A model generated the notes under the pieces. That model was not told where the DNA came from and did not search any database. It worked only from the letters and a program-made list of their open reading frames with translations. From Saprospiraceae bacterium (GTDB lineage Bacteria; Bacteroidota; Bacteroidia; Chitinophagales; Saprospiraceae), in assembly GCA_020628475.1 (NCBI GenBank), contig JAHDFB010000003.1, positions 10,142-74,141 on the forward strand: a DNA stretch of 64,000 nucleotides, written 5' to 3'. Shown here in pieces: positions 10,945-20,402 of this stretch. How positions within the stretch are numbered: position 1 is the stretch's first letter; every line of letters begins with the position of its first letter. A program made the translations under genes and the position numbers.

Positions 10945-13341
10945 ATGACTAAATATATATACATAATCGTATTGCTGGCAATGGCACACACGCTATCCGG
11001 TCAATACTGCGTGGGCGATTCTGCCAAAATTACCTGGAAATATTGGGATGATTACTATGTGAGCAATTTTGCAGAAATGGAAATCAATGAAAACTACCCC
11101 AATCAACCTTACCAGACCAAAACGATTTATCGTTTACAAACACCGACGAACTACAATGATTATTTTGGTTCTTTGATGGAAGGATATATCCGAGTACCTC
11201 AAACAACGACGGTCACCTTCAATATCACCGCCAATGCATATGGAGAATTCTATCTTAGCACCGATGATCAAGTAGATAATCAAGTCCTATTAGCTTACAA
11301 TCTTTCCGCGACTAGTCAAGAAGAACACGATCAGGACACAACACAGACTTCTGTTCCTGTGACACTTCAGGGCAACACCTATTACTACTTCAAATTCAGA
11401 CAGGTAGAAGGTACAAGCGGAGATTATGCAGCAGTCTGGTGGAAAACGGACTTGGTAGATCCGAATGAATGGAACATTATTACAGCCGCCTATTTATGGG
11501 ATTTGGGTTGCCTACCAACGATTTGTCCAGAGAGAGGAACACCTTGCGATGATAATGACGCGACAACCACGGACGATCAGGAAGACGGACTTTGTAATTG
11601 TATGGGAACACCGCCTGCTCCCAATTCATGTATTGGAGAACGAAGCAAAATTGTTTCGTATCGATATGACACAATCACAGGAAGCTCGCTCAATGATCTA
11701 TACGAAGCGCCTAATTATCCTACGATGCCGACCACCGCTGTAAACGTAGACTTCATCGGAATCGAACAGGGAAACAATTATGATGAAATCGGTAGTTTGA
11801 TGCAAGGATATCTAACCGTTCCAGTTACTGGAAATTACAAATTCAACGTAACAGGAGATGACAATACCATTCTTTATATAAGCTCCGACGAAGATCCAGC
11901 CAACAAACAGGATAACTTCTGCTTGGTCAGTGGACATACTTCCTTTAATGAATTTGACAAATACGTTTGGCAATCAACGGGTAATGTCTATCTCGAAAAG
12001 AACAATTACTATTACTTTGAAGTCAATCATAAAGAAGGTGGTGGAAACGAATTCTATGCGGTTCAATGGCAAACACCTTTTACGACGCCCGGTATTTGGA
12101 AACGTACACCGCTTTTCTATCTGTACGATTACGATTGCGAATTGGCGTGTGTACAACAAGGTACGCCTTGTGACGACGGCGACATTTTCACCAATAATGA
12201 TATGTTCGATGCAAATTGCGATTGCGTAGGAACCCCATGCTCTGGTCCAGACTGTGATAATCCATTGGCTAGTTACGTTCCATATGAACCTTGTAATGTA
12301 ACCGAGTTGATCGATAATAATCCTGAAAACAACTGGTTATCTTGTACAAAAGATGAAAATCCAAATCCTCTCCGAGATTCTAGTCACTGGATCATGTATG
12401 ATTTTGGACAACCCTACGAAATCTATACGAGCCATGTTTGGAATTACAATGTGGAGGGATCGGAAGATTTGGGATTTGAAAATGTAGCGATTGATATTTC
12501 AGATGACGGCGTAAACTGGACGGAATTTGGCACATATACCTGGCCGCTGTCAATGGGAGAAAGCCCATATAGTGGATTTGCAGGACCAAATTTCAATGCC
12601 ATTCAAGCACAATATATCTTAGTAACGTCGCTGGATATGGACATGGCCTGTCGGGGTATCGGTAAAATGACCTTTGCCGCAGTATCCTGCCCTTCAGCTG
12701 GAACGGTTTGTGATGATCAAGATCCAAATACCATATTGGATCATATCGATAACAATTGCGAATGTCGAGGGGTACCGCTTGATGCCAACCTATGTACGGA
12801 AGAGTATCTTATTTTAGGAGACAGTCTGCTTAGCACCAATAATTTCAGTGCCGAGAATTACGTGAGCTCCATTAGCCAAATAGAGACAGGAAAGCAGGTC
12901 AGTATGATCGGTGGGCAATATGTGGAACTTAACCCTGGTTTTGAAACAGAAGAAAGCACCCTATTTTTAGCAGCCATCGCTGAGTGTTTGGAAATTCCTT
13001 TGGAATCCAATCAGGCAGCCTTGAAAGCAGCGATTCGAGAAAAGCAGAAAATACAACGCGAAAAAGATCAGATCGCAGGATTACAAGTCATTCCGATGAA
13101 AAATGGGGATTATCTTATCAAATTTTATCTGGATAAAGCGAAACATGTAAATCTCAGTCTATACGATCATACCAATCAACTGTTATCGGAAATTATAGAT
13201 ACAGATTACCGGGCTCAGGGAGTCTATTCTAAGCGGATCAGAACCAAGAAATTACCGGAAGAAATCATTCAAGTTCGATTGGTTACAGAGGACAATACCG
13301 AGACAAAATCTATGACGATTTTACCTCCTTTAGAAGAGTAA
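10945..13341 (+). CDS. secreted multidomain protein: two PA14-like modules, discoidin (F5/8 type C)-like module, coathanger-like segment, T9SS type A-like tail
   Basis: The ORF track gives 10879-13341. I chose ATG 10945 (MTKYIYIIVLLAMAHTLSGQ signal peptide) because it avoids overlap with the upstream gene. It has PA14-like stretches (YFGSLMEGYIRVPQT; EIGSLMQGYLTVPVTGNYKFNVTGDD) and Cys-rich linkers (GTPCDD). Other segments are HWIMYDFGQPYEI, GGQYVELNPGFETEESTLFLAAIAEC and a beta-rich C-terminus. Confidence 0.75.
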   Translation: MTKYIYIIVLLAMAHTLSGQYCVGDSAKITWKYWDDYYVSNFAEMEINENYPNQPYQTKTIYRLQTPTNYNDYFGSLMEGYIRVPQTTTVTFNITANAYGEFYLSTDDQVDNQVLLAYNLSATSQEEHDQDTTQTSVPVTLQGNTYYYFKFRQVEGTSGDYAAVWWKTDLVDPNEWNIITAAYLWDLGCLPTICPERGTPCDDNDATTTDDQEDGLCNCMGTPPAPNSCIGERSKIVSYRYDTITGSSLNDLYEAPNYPTMPTTAVNVDFIGIEQGNNYDEIGSLMQGYLTVPVTGNYKFNVTGDDNTILYISSDEDPANKQDNFCLVSGHTSFNEFDKYVWQSTGNVYLEKNNYYYFEVNHKEGGGNEFYAVQWQTPFTTPGIWKRTPLFYLYDYDCELACVQQGTPCDDGDIFTNNDMFDANCDCVGTPCSGPDCDNPLASYVPYEPCNVTELIDNNPENNWLSCTKDENPNPLRDSSHWIMYDFGQPYEIYTSHVWNYNVEGSEDLGFENVAIDISDDGVNWTEFGTYTWPLSMGESPYSGFAGPNFNAIQAQYILVTSLDMDMACRGIGKMTFAAVSCPSAGTVCDDQDPNTILDHIDNNCECRGVPLDANLCTEEYLILGDSLLSTNNFSAENYVSSISQIETGKQVSMIGGQYVELNPGFETEESTLFLAAIAECLEIPLESNQAALKAAIREKQKIQREKDQIAGLQVIPMKNGDYLIKFYLDKAKHVNLSLYDHTNQLLSEIIDTDYRAQGVYSKRIRTKKLPEEIIQVRLVTEDNTETKSMTILPPLEE

Positions 13342-13352
13342 GCAATGGATCT

Positions 13353-13529
13353 GGGGCGTCCAGTGTATAGCGTCACAAAAGTTATGCTATACACTGGTCG
13401 GGCCGTCCGGAGTTTCACAAGTTCATCCTTCCGCACGATGTGCGTTCAGGATCGAGCATCCATTTCATGTCCGCTCGCCTCCTACCACCCCTTAGCCTAT
13501 ACATTCAATCACTGCTTCGTCGGATGAAC
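13353..13529 (+). repeat. GC-rich structured intergenic element, copy A
   Basis: The layout is GGGGCGT, then a 12-bp perfect hairpin (CCAGTGTATAGC 13360-13371 / GCTATACACTGG 13386-13397), then TCGG ... TCATCCTTCC. Next comes a hairpin GCACgatGTGC (13433-13443), then TTCAGGA ... CGCC ... GGATGAAC. It aligns with the copies at 16901, 42507 and 44332, and starts 11 nt after the stop of the upstream gene. Confidence 0.7.
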
Positions 13530-13596
13530 ATTTTTCTGGCCCTGACCAACCATGTTCTACGTTGGAACGTCTTATACTGTAAAAAGCATTCGTTCT

Positions 13597-14004
13597 ATGT
13601 ATAAGCTAATCATTCCATTACTTTCTTTCTGCCTCCTTTATGCTTGTTCTAAAGACTTACAACAACAAGAAATTTGCATCGATGATGTCTGTATTGATGG
13701 TCATTGGAATTGGTTAGAATCCTATGGCTCCATCGCTGGTATTACCATCACCCCTGAAACAGAAAATGAAACGAAAAAACTAATCATTGACGAAAATAGC
13801 TTCCAAGGCTTTGTCAATGATAGCATGACCGTATATACAGGTTATGAATATGTTAAGACGGATGAGCTAGAAACATTTACGAATGATAGTCTCGTGCTCA
13901 AATTAGAAAGTGGTCAATGGTATGCTGTATTTCGAGAAGCGAATAAACTGATCTTATTCGAACCCTGTGCTGATTGTTGGCAACACACCTTCGAACTTGA
14001 CTAA
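13597..14004 (+). CDS. hypothetical lipoprotein
   Basis: The ORF track gives 13552-14004. The internal ATG at 13597 yields a lipobox-like MYKLIIPLLSFCLLYACSKD. I recognised no family. Confidence 0.55.
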   Translation: MYKLIIPLLSFCLLYACSKDLQQQEICIDDVCIDGHWNWLESYGSIAGITITPETENETKKLIIDENSFQGFVNDSMTVYTGYEYVKTDELETFTNDSLVLKLESGQWYAVFREANKLILFEPCADCWQHTFELD

Positions 14005-14867
14005 AAACGAAAGAGATCCGATTCATCAATCGATGCCAATCGATGACTTAAGGTCTCGTCCATATCCAAAATATTTAATTCTTGAGCAAAGGATTCTAAA
14101 ATGAAAAACAGGGAATTAAACTGTTTAACCATCGATTTATAATAACTACCCTCTAGAAAACTCTCTTTTAATTTTGGAACGTCTTGATCCAAAAACCGCA
14201 TGTTGGAAGAAAATAAAATACTAATTTCTTTATGATCCGTCGATACCATCACAGATCCTTGATTTTTCTGCAGATATTCAATAAACGGAAAGAGGCGATC
14301 CAGCGTTTCGTGAAAAGCGATTTCATCGTTTGTGATATACGAAATATCGTATTCCTCATGATTGGTGTATCTTGTAAAGAAGCGTGAAAAAGCGCCTTGT
14401 TTCGTAGTTATCTTAGATCGTGGAAATATCAATTCTTCCGTAGCAAAACTAAATAGGATTCCACTGAATTTCGTGACTCGTTTTTTCTTGGTCATTCCAT
14501 CTTTATCCGTACTTCGATGGATATCGATCAAGTCAATTTCTGAAATATAGAATGGGATATCATACATAATACCTTTGATCACGTCTTCCTCATCACATTC
14601 GTCGAAACTCATCAAACCAGACTTTCGAACGATATCTGATCCATCATTAGAAGCCAGCTTAAATTCATAAAAACATGCTGGATGATACTGATGCATGTAC
14701 AAATCGACCAATGCTCTCTTATATCTCTTTTTTAGCTTTAAATAAGGTGCTGAGAAAACCCGCGTCTTAATGAATCCAATAATTCCACTGGAAGCTTTCT
14801 CATGGATTGATTTTCGTTCTTCTTCCAGATCTCGAATGGTTTGTTGTAAGTTTTCTAGCTCGGACAT
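14001..14867 (-). CDS. hypothetical protein (possibly DUF3137-like)
   Basis: 288-aa ORF with an N-terminal coiled-coil-like segment. The DUF3137 resemblance is tentative and from memory only. Its stop overlaps the convergent upstream gene by 4 nt. Confidence 0.55.
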   Translation of the reverse strand: MSELENLQQTIRDLEEERKSIHEKASSGIIGFIKTRVFSAPYLKLKKRYKRALVDLYMHQYHPACFYEFKLASNDGSDIVRKSGLMSFDECDEEDVIKGIMYDIPFYISEIDLIDIHRSTDKDGMTKKKRVTKFSGILFSFATEELIFPRSKITTKQGAFSRFFTRYTNHEEYDISYITNDEIAFHETLDRLFPFIEYLQKNQGSVMVSTDHKEISILFSSNMRFLDQDVPKLKESFLEGSYYKSMVKQFNSLFFILESFAQELNILDMDETLSHRLASIDESDLFRF

Positions 14868-15199
14868 GAGATTGTTTTTTGGATGCTTGGCATAGGTACA
14901 AAGTTATAAAAAGGAAAAAAAGTTGAAGATCATATTGGATGAAGTCTTATTTGACGTCGATAAAGTTTGAATTTCTCACTTAGTTGAAAATCAGAGGATC
15001 AGAACCTGTTGAATCTACTCCGATATCAAACATCGCCATTAAAAGAAGCATCATCGATCCTAGTATACCATTCGCATGCAATATAACCGCTTGATTTTAT
15101 TAAGACGATTCCTATACTAAATGTAGATATCAAAAAATATTCTAAAAGATTGATCCGTTATCAAAGCCTATTTTACACATAATTTAAGCGCATTTTCGC

Positions 15200-16243
15200 A
15201 TGTTCAAAGCTCTTTTATTCGTTGCATCGCTAATGCTTTGCAGTCTCTACATATCCTGTGATCACAGTCCGAAATTTTCCGAATGGGAAGAAGAAACCTT
15301 TTATGTCCGCAATGGCGGAAGTGACATGCCTGCTTTTGTACGCGGTAATACAGCATCAAAAACCTTCGTTGTCTATTTAGAAGGTGGACCAGGATTCGGC
15401 TCTTTGTCCGTAGAAGGTCATCCATTTGCAAATGACTTAGAGAAAGATTATGCCATGATTTATTGGGATCAGAGGCATACAGGAAATGCACATGGACATT
15501 TTAATAAGGAAGCCATCAATATTAATACATTGGTGCAGGATCTAGATGCCTTAGTCAAAACGATCAAACTCCGATATGGAGATGATAGTAGTATTTTCTT
15601 AATGGGCGCCAGTTGGGGAGGAAGACTGGCCTTATCCTATCTTGTAACAGGACAACTTCAAGAAGACATTCAAGGATGGATTTCAGTAGCAGGTGTCAAT
15701 ACCGACAATGATTACAAGGATCGTAATGAATGGGTACTAAACTTAGCCGCTGAAGAAATAAATAAAGGCAAGCAATTGGAAGCCTGGCAAGAAATTGTCT
15801 CTTATTTCAGTGCCCTGGATACGATCAATAATCTATCTCCTGAAGAACGTGCTGTGCGACAAAACTATATCAGCCAAATATTACATGAGCTCATCATCGA
15901 TTACATCCATCCTGGCACTTTATTATCTAGAGAAACCTCCAATGCGCATGATTTTCGCGTCAATGGATGGAATTTTAACAATTGCCCTTTATCCGCTCGG
16001 GATTCGCTCCAACAGATTTACTATGGACCAGAGGATCTTTCCATCATTAAAAGTCCAACATTACTTATTTATGGAAAATACGATTTTGTGGTTCCAGGTA
16101 TTCAAGGACAAGCTATTTATGACCATTTAAGCAGTGATTCTAAGTACTTCAAACTTTATGAACATTCAGGACATGGTCCCATGTATACAGAAGCTGAATT
16201 GTTTGTCTCCGATGTAACTAGCTTTATCGATCTTCATAAATAA
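15200..16243 (+). CDS. alpha/beta hydrolase (proline iminopeptidase-like)
   Basis: 347-aa ORF with a signal peptide, the oxyanion-region motif GGPGFGS, the nucleophile elbow GASWGG and a C-terminal HSGHGP. Confidence 0.8.
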   Translation: MFKALLFVASLMLCSLYISCDHSPKFSEWEEETFYVRNGGSDMPAFVRGNTASKTFVVYLEGGPGFGSLSVEGHPFANDLEKDYAMIYWDQRHTGNAHGHFNKEAININTLVQDLDALVKTIKLRYGDDSSIFLMGASWGGRLALSYLVTGQLQEDIQGWISVAGVNTDNDYKDRNEWVLNLAAEEINKGKQLEAWQEIVSYFSALDTINNLSPEERAVRQNYISQILHELIIDYIHPGTLLSRETSNAHDFRVNGWNFNNCPLSARDSLQQIYYGPEDLSIIKSPTLLIYGKYDFVVPGIQGQAIYDHLSSDSKYFKLYEHSGHGPMYTEAELFVSDVTSFIDLHK

Positions 16244-16269
16244 TCTGATTAATATACTTTAAAATTTCA

Positions 16270-16926
16270 ATGCCCTTTCTCATGTTTCACCATACCTCAC
16301 ATTTCAAATCCCTCGCATACATAGGCCTATTTGGATTACTTTTTTCAATAAAAAGTCTTGCACAAGATTCTAGTCAGCCAGTAAAAACCATTCCGATTGT
16401 GGTCAGTTATTTCAGTCATGAATACATTCATCCAGGGCTCAAACTTGGCACCGAGCACGTCATTCATCAATGGGGAAAAGCTAAAAATTCTAATAGGCAT
16501 TACAAACCAAATCGTATCAGCCTCCATCCTCAATTGGCTTTCAATGTTCACTATGAAAATCATAGCGTATGGATTGCAAATCTAGAGCTATCCGTTCAGC
16601 ATCAACTATTTCTGGGATGGCATCTGGCCTACTCCTTAGGCATAGGCAATCTACGACACTTGAATTGGGGGACGACATATGAACTTCAAGATGATGGATC
16701 TTTAGAAGCCAAAAGATGGGCAAGTCGCTCATACTTTTTACCCAATGTCAACGCAGAAATAGGCAAACGAATCAATTCAAAATGCAGTGCCTTTAGCAAG
16801 ATTACCGCTGCTGCAAGAACTAATTATAATACGATTCCTATTCTCCCTCAGGTCTATTGGGAAATAGGAATAAAGATTCATGTACCAACAAAATCGAAGG
16901 GTTCATCAACATCGAAACCCGCGTGA
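16270..16926 (+). CDS. hypothetical secreted beta-rich (outer-membrane-like) protein
   Basis: 218-aa ORF with a signal peptide ending SLAQDS. The last codons and the stop lie inside repeat copy B. Confidence 0.5.
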   Translation: MPFLMFHHTSHFKSLAYIGLFGLLFSIKSLAQDSSQPVKTIPIVVSYFSHEYIHPGLKLGTEHVIHQWGKAKNSNRHYKPNRISLHPQLAFNVHYENHSVWIANLELSVQHQLFLGWHLAYSLGIGNLRHLNWGTTYELQDDGSLEAKRWASRSYFLPNVNAEIGKRINSKCSAFSKITAAARTNYNTIPILPQVYWEIGIKIHVPTKSKGSSTSKPA

Positions 16927-17051
16927 GGAATGTGGAGAGTGGCGACAACGGAGCCATCCTGACGTCGCAGACGGAATGGATGAGTCGCACGAAACTCGAA
17001 ACTCTCCGACCCCGCTAATGAAATGCAATGAAATTTGGCGGGGGCACGCCC
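16901..17051 (-). repeat. GC-rich structured intergenic element, copy B (reverse orientation)
   Basis: Read on the reverse strand it begins GGGCGT, followed by a hairpin (CCCCGC / GCGGGG; plus-strand 17039-17044 and 17010-17015) and TCGG ... TCATCCATTC. Then comes a hairpin CGTCtgcGACG (plus-strand 16963-16973), TCAGGATGG ... GTCGCC ... GATGAAC. Confidence 0.7.
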
Positions 17052-17082
17052 ACTTTACTAAAACTATATGTATTTTTGAACT

Positions 17083-17544
17083 ATGGTAGATGACATTGAT
17101 CTCAAAATATTGAACTTCCTGTTATCCGATGCTAAAATGACCTATCAGGAAATTGGAAAGGCCCTATTCATATCCCAGGGTACCGTGCATGTCCGTGTGA
17201 AGAAAATGATGGAAGCCGGTATTATTGCGGGCTCCAAGGTCTTAGTAAACTATGACAAGTTAGGATTCGGCGTGAGCGCTTTTATAGGCATCTATTTATC
17301 CAAGAGCTCTTTGTATACCACGGTGATCGAGGGTTTATCCGGCATTGAAGAGGTGATAGAAGCACATTACACGACCGGTGTCTACTCCATATTGGCTAAA
17401 ATAGTGTGCCGAGACACCAACCACTTAAGAGATGTATTATCCGTAAAGGTGCAATCCATCAAAGGCATCCAGCGAACAGAAACCTTGATCTCGTTAGAAG
17501 AGGGCATTCAACGACCAATTACCCTATTTAATCAAGTTCCTTAG
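17083..17544 (+). CDS. Lrp/AsnC family transcriptional regulator
   Basis: 153-aa ORF with an N-terminal wHTH ([37 protein letters not shown]) plus an AsnC-type C-domain. Confidence 0.85.
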   Translation: MVDDIDLKILNFLLSDAKMTYQEIGKALFISQGTVHVRVKKMMEAGIIAGSKVLVNYDKLGFGVSAFIGIYLSKSSLYTTVIEGLSGIEEVIEAHYTTGVYSILAKIVCRDTNHLRDVLSVKVQSIKGIQRTETLISLEEGIQRPITLFNQVP

Positions 17545-18410
17545 GCACCCAGATAAGATCTCAGTAATTTATTTTTAGACTTAGCGCGAAGTTGATTTAC
17601 ACTCTTGTCCTTGATCTGACGCACTCGTTCTCTCGTAAGACTATAACGCAAACCAATATCTTCTAATGACATAGGATGCTCCAGACCAATTCCATAATAC
17701 AATTTCAAGACCTCTGCTTGTCGACAACTCAATGTGCTCAATGAACGGTTAATTTCCTTACTCAAAGAATCGTGATAATCCAATTGCTTATCTGTATCTG
17801 GAATACTTTCATTCTGCAATACATCGAGTAAAGAGCCATCTTCTCCCTTGGCAAAAGGCGCATCCACACTCACATGTCTTCCTGAAAAACCCATGGTTGA
17901 CTTTACTTCTGAAACGGGAATTTTCAAGCTATCCGCTAACTCCTCAACGGATGGTTCACGTTCATATTCTTGTTCTAATTCAGAGAAAACACGGGTAATT
18001 TTTGTCAGATTACCCACTTTATTGAGTGGCAGTCGTACGATTCTTGAATGTTCGGCTAGCGCTTGCATGATTGACTGACGAATCCACCAAACGGCGTAGG
18101 AAATAAATTTGAATCCTCGAGTTTCGTCAAATCGATTGGCCGCTTTGATCAATCCTAAATTTCCCTCGTTTATTAAATCCGGTAGAGAAAGTCCTTTATT
18201 TTGGTATTGTTTAGCCACCGAAACCACGAAACGTAAATTGGCTTTCGTGAGCGTCTCTAATGCATCCGAATCCCCCTGTTTAATGCGCTGCGTTAATCGA
18301 ACTTCATCCTCTGCGGTTATTAATTCAACTTTTCCTATTTCTTGTAAATACTTTTCTAGAGATTGACTTTCTCTATTAGTGATAGATTTTGTGATTTTTA
18401 GTTGTCTCAT
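17541..18410 (-). CDS. rpoD: RNA polymerase primary sigma factor (sigma-70 family)
   Basis: 289-aa ORF with region 2 ([35 protein letters not shown]) and region 4 ([13 protein letters not shown]). The short form is typical of Bacteroidota. Confidence 0.9.
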   Translation of the reverse strand: MRQLKITKSITNRESQSLEKYLQEIGKVELITAEDEVRLTQRIKQGDSDALETLTKANLRFVVSVAKQYQNKGLSLPDLINEGNLGLIKAANRFDETRGFKFISYAVWWIRQSIMQALAEHSRIVRLPLNKVGNLTKITRVFSELEQEYEREPSVEELADSLKIPVSEVKSTMGFSGRHVSVDAPFAKGEDGSLLDVLQNESIPDTDKQLDYHDSLSKEINRSLSTLSCRQAEVLKLYYGIGLEHPMSLEDIGLRYSLTRERVRQIKDKSVNQLRAKSKNKLLRSYLGA

Positions 18411-18729
18411 TCAATTATTTCGTTCGTTTGCTCCCAAATTTATAGGTTCAAACGGAATTGCACAATATTATCTTTGGCAAATTTTAATAAATTCTTAACA
18501 TTAATTTTACTCCCGAGGGCTTACACAGTAGTAAATAAGGTCTGTTTTCTAATCTATAGCATGAAATATCAAAGAATTATGCATAATAGAAAATGCTAAT
18601 GCGTTAATATTTGTAAAAAAATGTGCTCAAAATTTGACAAATTAATTTATTTATCATTTATTGGCGAACTCATACTTTATTATAGAGATAGTTATCATTG
18701 AACAGTCAAATATTAAATTAGCATAATTC

Positions 18730-19107
18730 ATGGAAAGAGTGAGTTTTGAAATGGAGTTCTTATTTCGGGCATCTCCAGCCATCGTTTATCGATTTCTTAC
18801 AACCCCTTCTTGTTTGGTAAGATGGTTTTGTGACAGTGTCGACATCACGGGAGAAATTTATACTTTTTCTTGGGATGGCTATGACGAGATCGCTGAATTA
18901 ATCGATGATATCGAAGAAGAGCGTCTTCGTTTTCACTGGGAAGATGCCGAAGATGGAGAATACCTAGAATTTAGAATGTATAAGAGTGAAGTCACCAACG
19001 AGACCATTGTGGAGATCACGGATTATGCGGATGAAGATGAGGTTGAAGATCAAAAATCCTTGTGGAGATCGCAATTCGAAACGATGAAAGCAGAAATGGG
19101 CGGCTAA
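18730..19107 (+). CDS. START-like / SRPBCC superfamily protein
   Basis: 125-aa ORF. Its pattern (FRASPAIVYRFLTTPSCLVRWF) and length fit an Aha1/START-like fold, and it has an acidic C-terminal half. Confidence 0.55.
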   Translation: MERVSFEMEFLFRASPAIVYRFLTTPSCLVRWFCDSVDITGEIYTFSWDGYDEIAELIDDIEEERLRFHWEDAEDGEYLEFRMYKSEVTNETIVEITDYADEDEVEDQKSLWRSQFETMKAEMGG

Positions 19108-20402
19108 AAATATTGCCCCAAGCCAAGGACGAAATGACGATTATTCCATGCTGACAAATCAACGGCATAATCCACGCGGATCAATCCATTGAATATTTTC
19201 TTATAAATGAACCGGCAACCAATTCCAGCAAATTCATTGATTTGTTCTGAACGTATTGCCTCGATGACTTCGGCCTGTGGTTGCCGAATGGTTCCAATAT
19301 CCAAGAATGCAACCGTTTGAATCGCCCAATTATTTCCAGCCCAAACTTGATAGCGATATTCAGTATTCAAGCTCAAAATAGCGGTTCCTCTTTCGACACG
19401 ATCCCCTACTCCTCGGATATTTTTATAACTATCAATGACAAAAGGAGAAAAGGGCGAATCATTATTGGTGGCTAGGCCCACTACAGCTCGAAAAGCCAAG
19501 TTTGAGTTGGTCTTACCTGATTTATTGCCAAATTTCTTGAAGTAGCGATATCGCGCCTCTACAATATTAAAAAGGGGCTGTTGTTGCTCAAAGGTCTCCA
19601 CAAATTGATAACTAGTCGCAAGATGATGACCAGATATAAAATTTTGATAATAACTCAAGCCATCGTAATTGAGCGCTAATTTGAACAAGGCTTTATTCAA
19701 ATTTAATGCAGCTGGCGCATTTTCAATATCGACTGTAAAATCGCGTCGTTCATAGTTTTCATTAAAAAAGGATCCCCCTATTTCTGCGGTCCAATTTCTA
19801 TTCAACATGTAATATAGACTCAATCCGAATAGATTGTTATCGAAATTATACAACACGCGTTGATCTTCAAAGTATAATGGTTCTATGGAGGCCCATTTCA
19901 GCAGATTGACTGCAAATCCTACATTTGTCTTCCTGATTCTTGGCTTTCTATAATACAGTTGTCCCGTATGACGCCCGGCATTATTTTGATAATAACTGTA
20001 TATTTCATCGCCCCTGCCCAAGAAATTGATATCGACAAATCCCAATTGGAACCAACTGTATTGATCGGCTCGACCAAAATTTACGACGGGTAAAAGCGTT
20101 CGTTGTTCTTCAATCTGAATCAAAATATGCGCTTGGCCCTGCTCCCTACCTAGATTGTATTGGACATCGTATATTCCATTGAGCCGTGAAAGGGCCATTA
20201 TATGATCAATAATATCCGATTCCGAATAACTTTGACCAATTTCTAAAGACAGATGGTACTCTAGAAAACTGGTCTTTGACTTTTTATTTCCTTGAAACTG
20301 AATACTGACAACTTCAAGACTCGTTGAGGAGTCCAGCGCCTGACCCCACATCACTGTCAGACAAAGAAAAAATGCGCAATATGTGGCCAGTATTTTTTTC
20401 AT
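19104..20402 (-). CDS. Omp85/BamA-family outer membrane protein (single POTRA-like module)
   Basis: 432-aa ORF with a signal peptide, a POTRA-like segment (VVSIQFQGNKKSKTSFLEYHLSLEIGQSY) and a beta-barrel-like remainder ending GLGQYF. Confidence 0.7.
   Translation of the reverse strand: MKKILATYCAFFLCLTVMWGQALDSSTSLEVVSIQFQGNKKSKTSFLEYHLSLEIGQSYSESDIIDHIMALSRLNGIYDVQYNLGREQGQAHILIQIEEQRTLLPVVNFGRADQYSWFQLGFVDINFLGRGDEIYSYYQNNAGRHTGQLYYRKPRIRKTNVGFAVNLLKWASIEPLYFEDQRVLYNFDNNLFGLSLYYMLNRNWTAEIGGSFFNENYERRDFTVDIENAPAALNLNKALFKLALNYDGLSYYQNFISGHHLATSYQFVETFEQQQPLFNIVEARYRYFKKFGNKSGKTNSNLAFRAVVGLATNNDSPFSPFVIDSYKNIRGVGDRVERGTAILSLNTEYRYQVWAGNNWAIQTVAFLDIGTIRQPQAEVIEAIRSEQINEFAGIGCRFIYKKIFNGLIRVDYAVDLSAWNNRHFVLGLGQYF

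Noticed and set aside
13345-13527. 60-aa ORF (and the similar 69-aa ORF at 16880-17089) as small protein genes
   Set aside because: Both lie on the structured GC-rich elements. The four element copies occur in both orientations and do not conserve any reading frame, so the ORFs are most likely by-products of the higher GC content.
17071-17078. TATTTTTG as the -7 promoter box of the Lrp/AsnC gene
   Set aside because: It matches TAnnTTTG but lies only 4 nt before the ATG. That would require a leaderless transcript or one starting inside the gene. I could not support it without TSS data.
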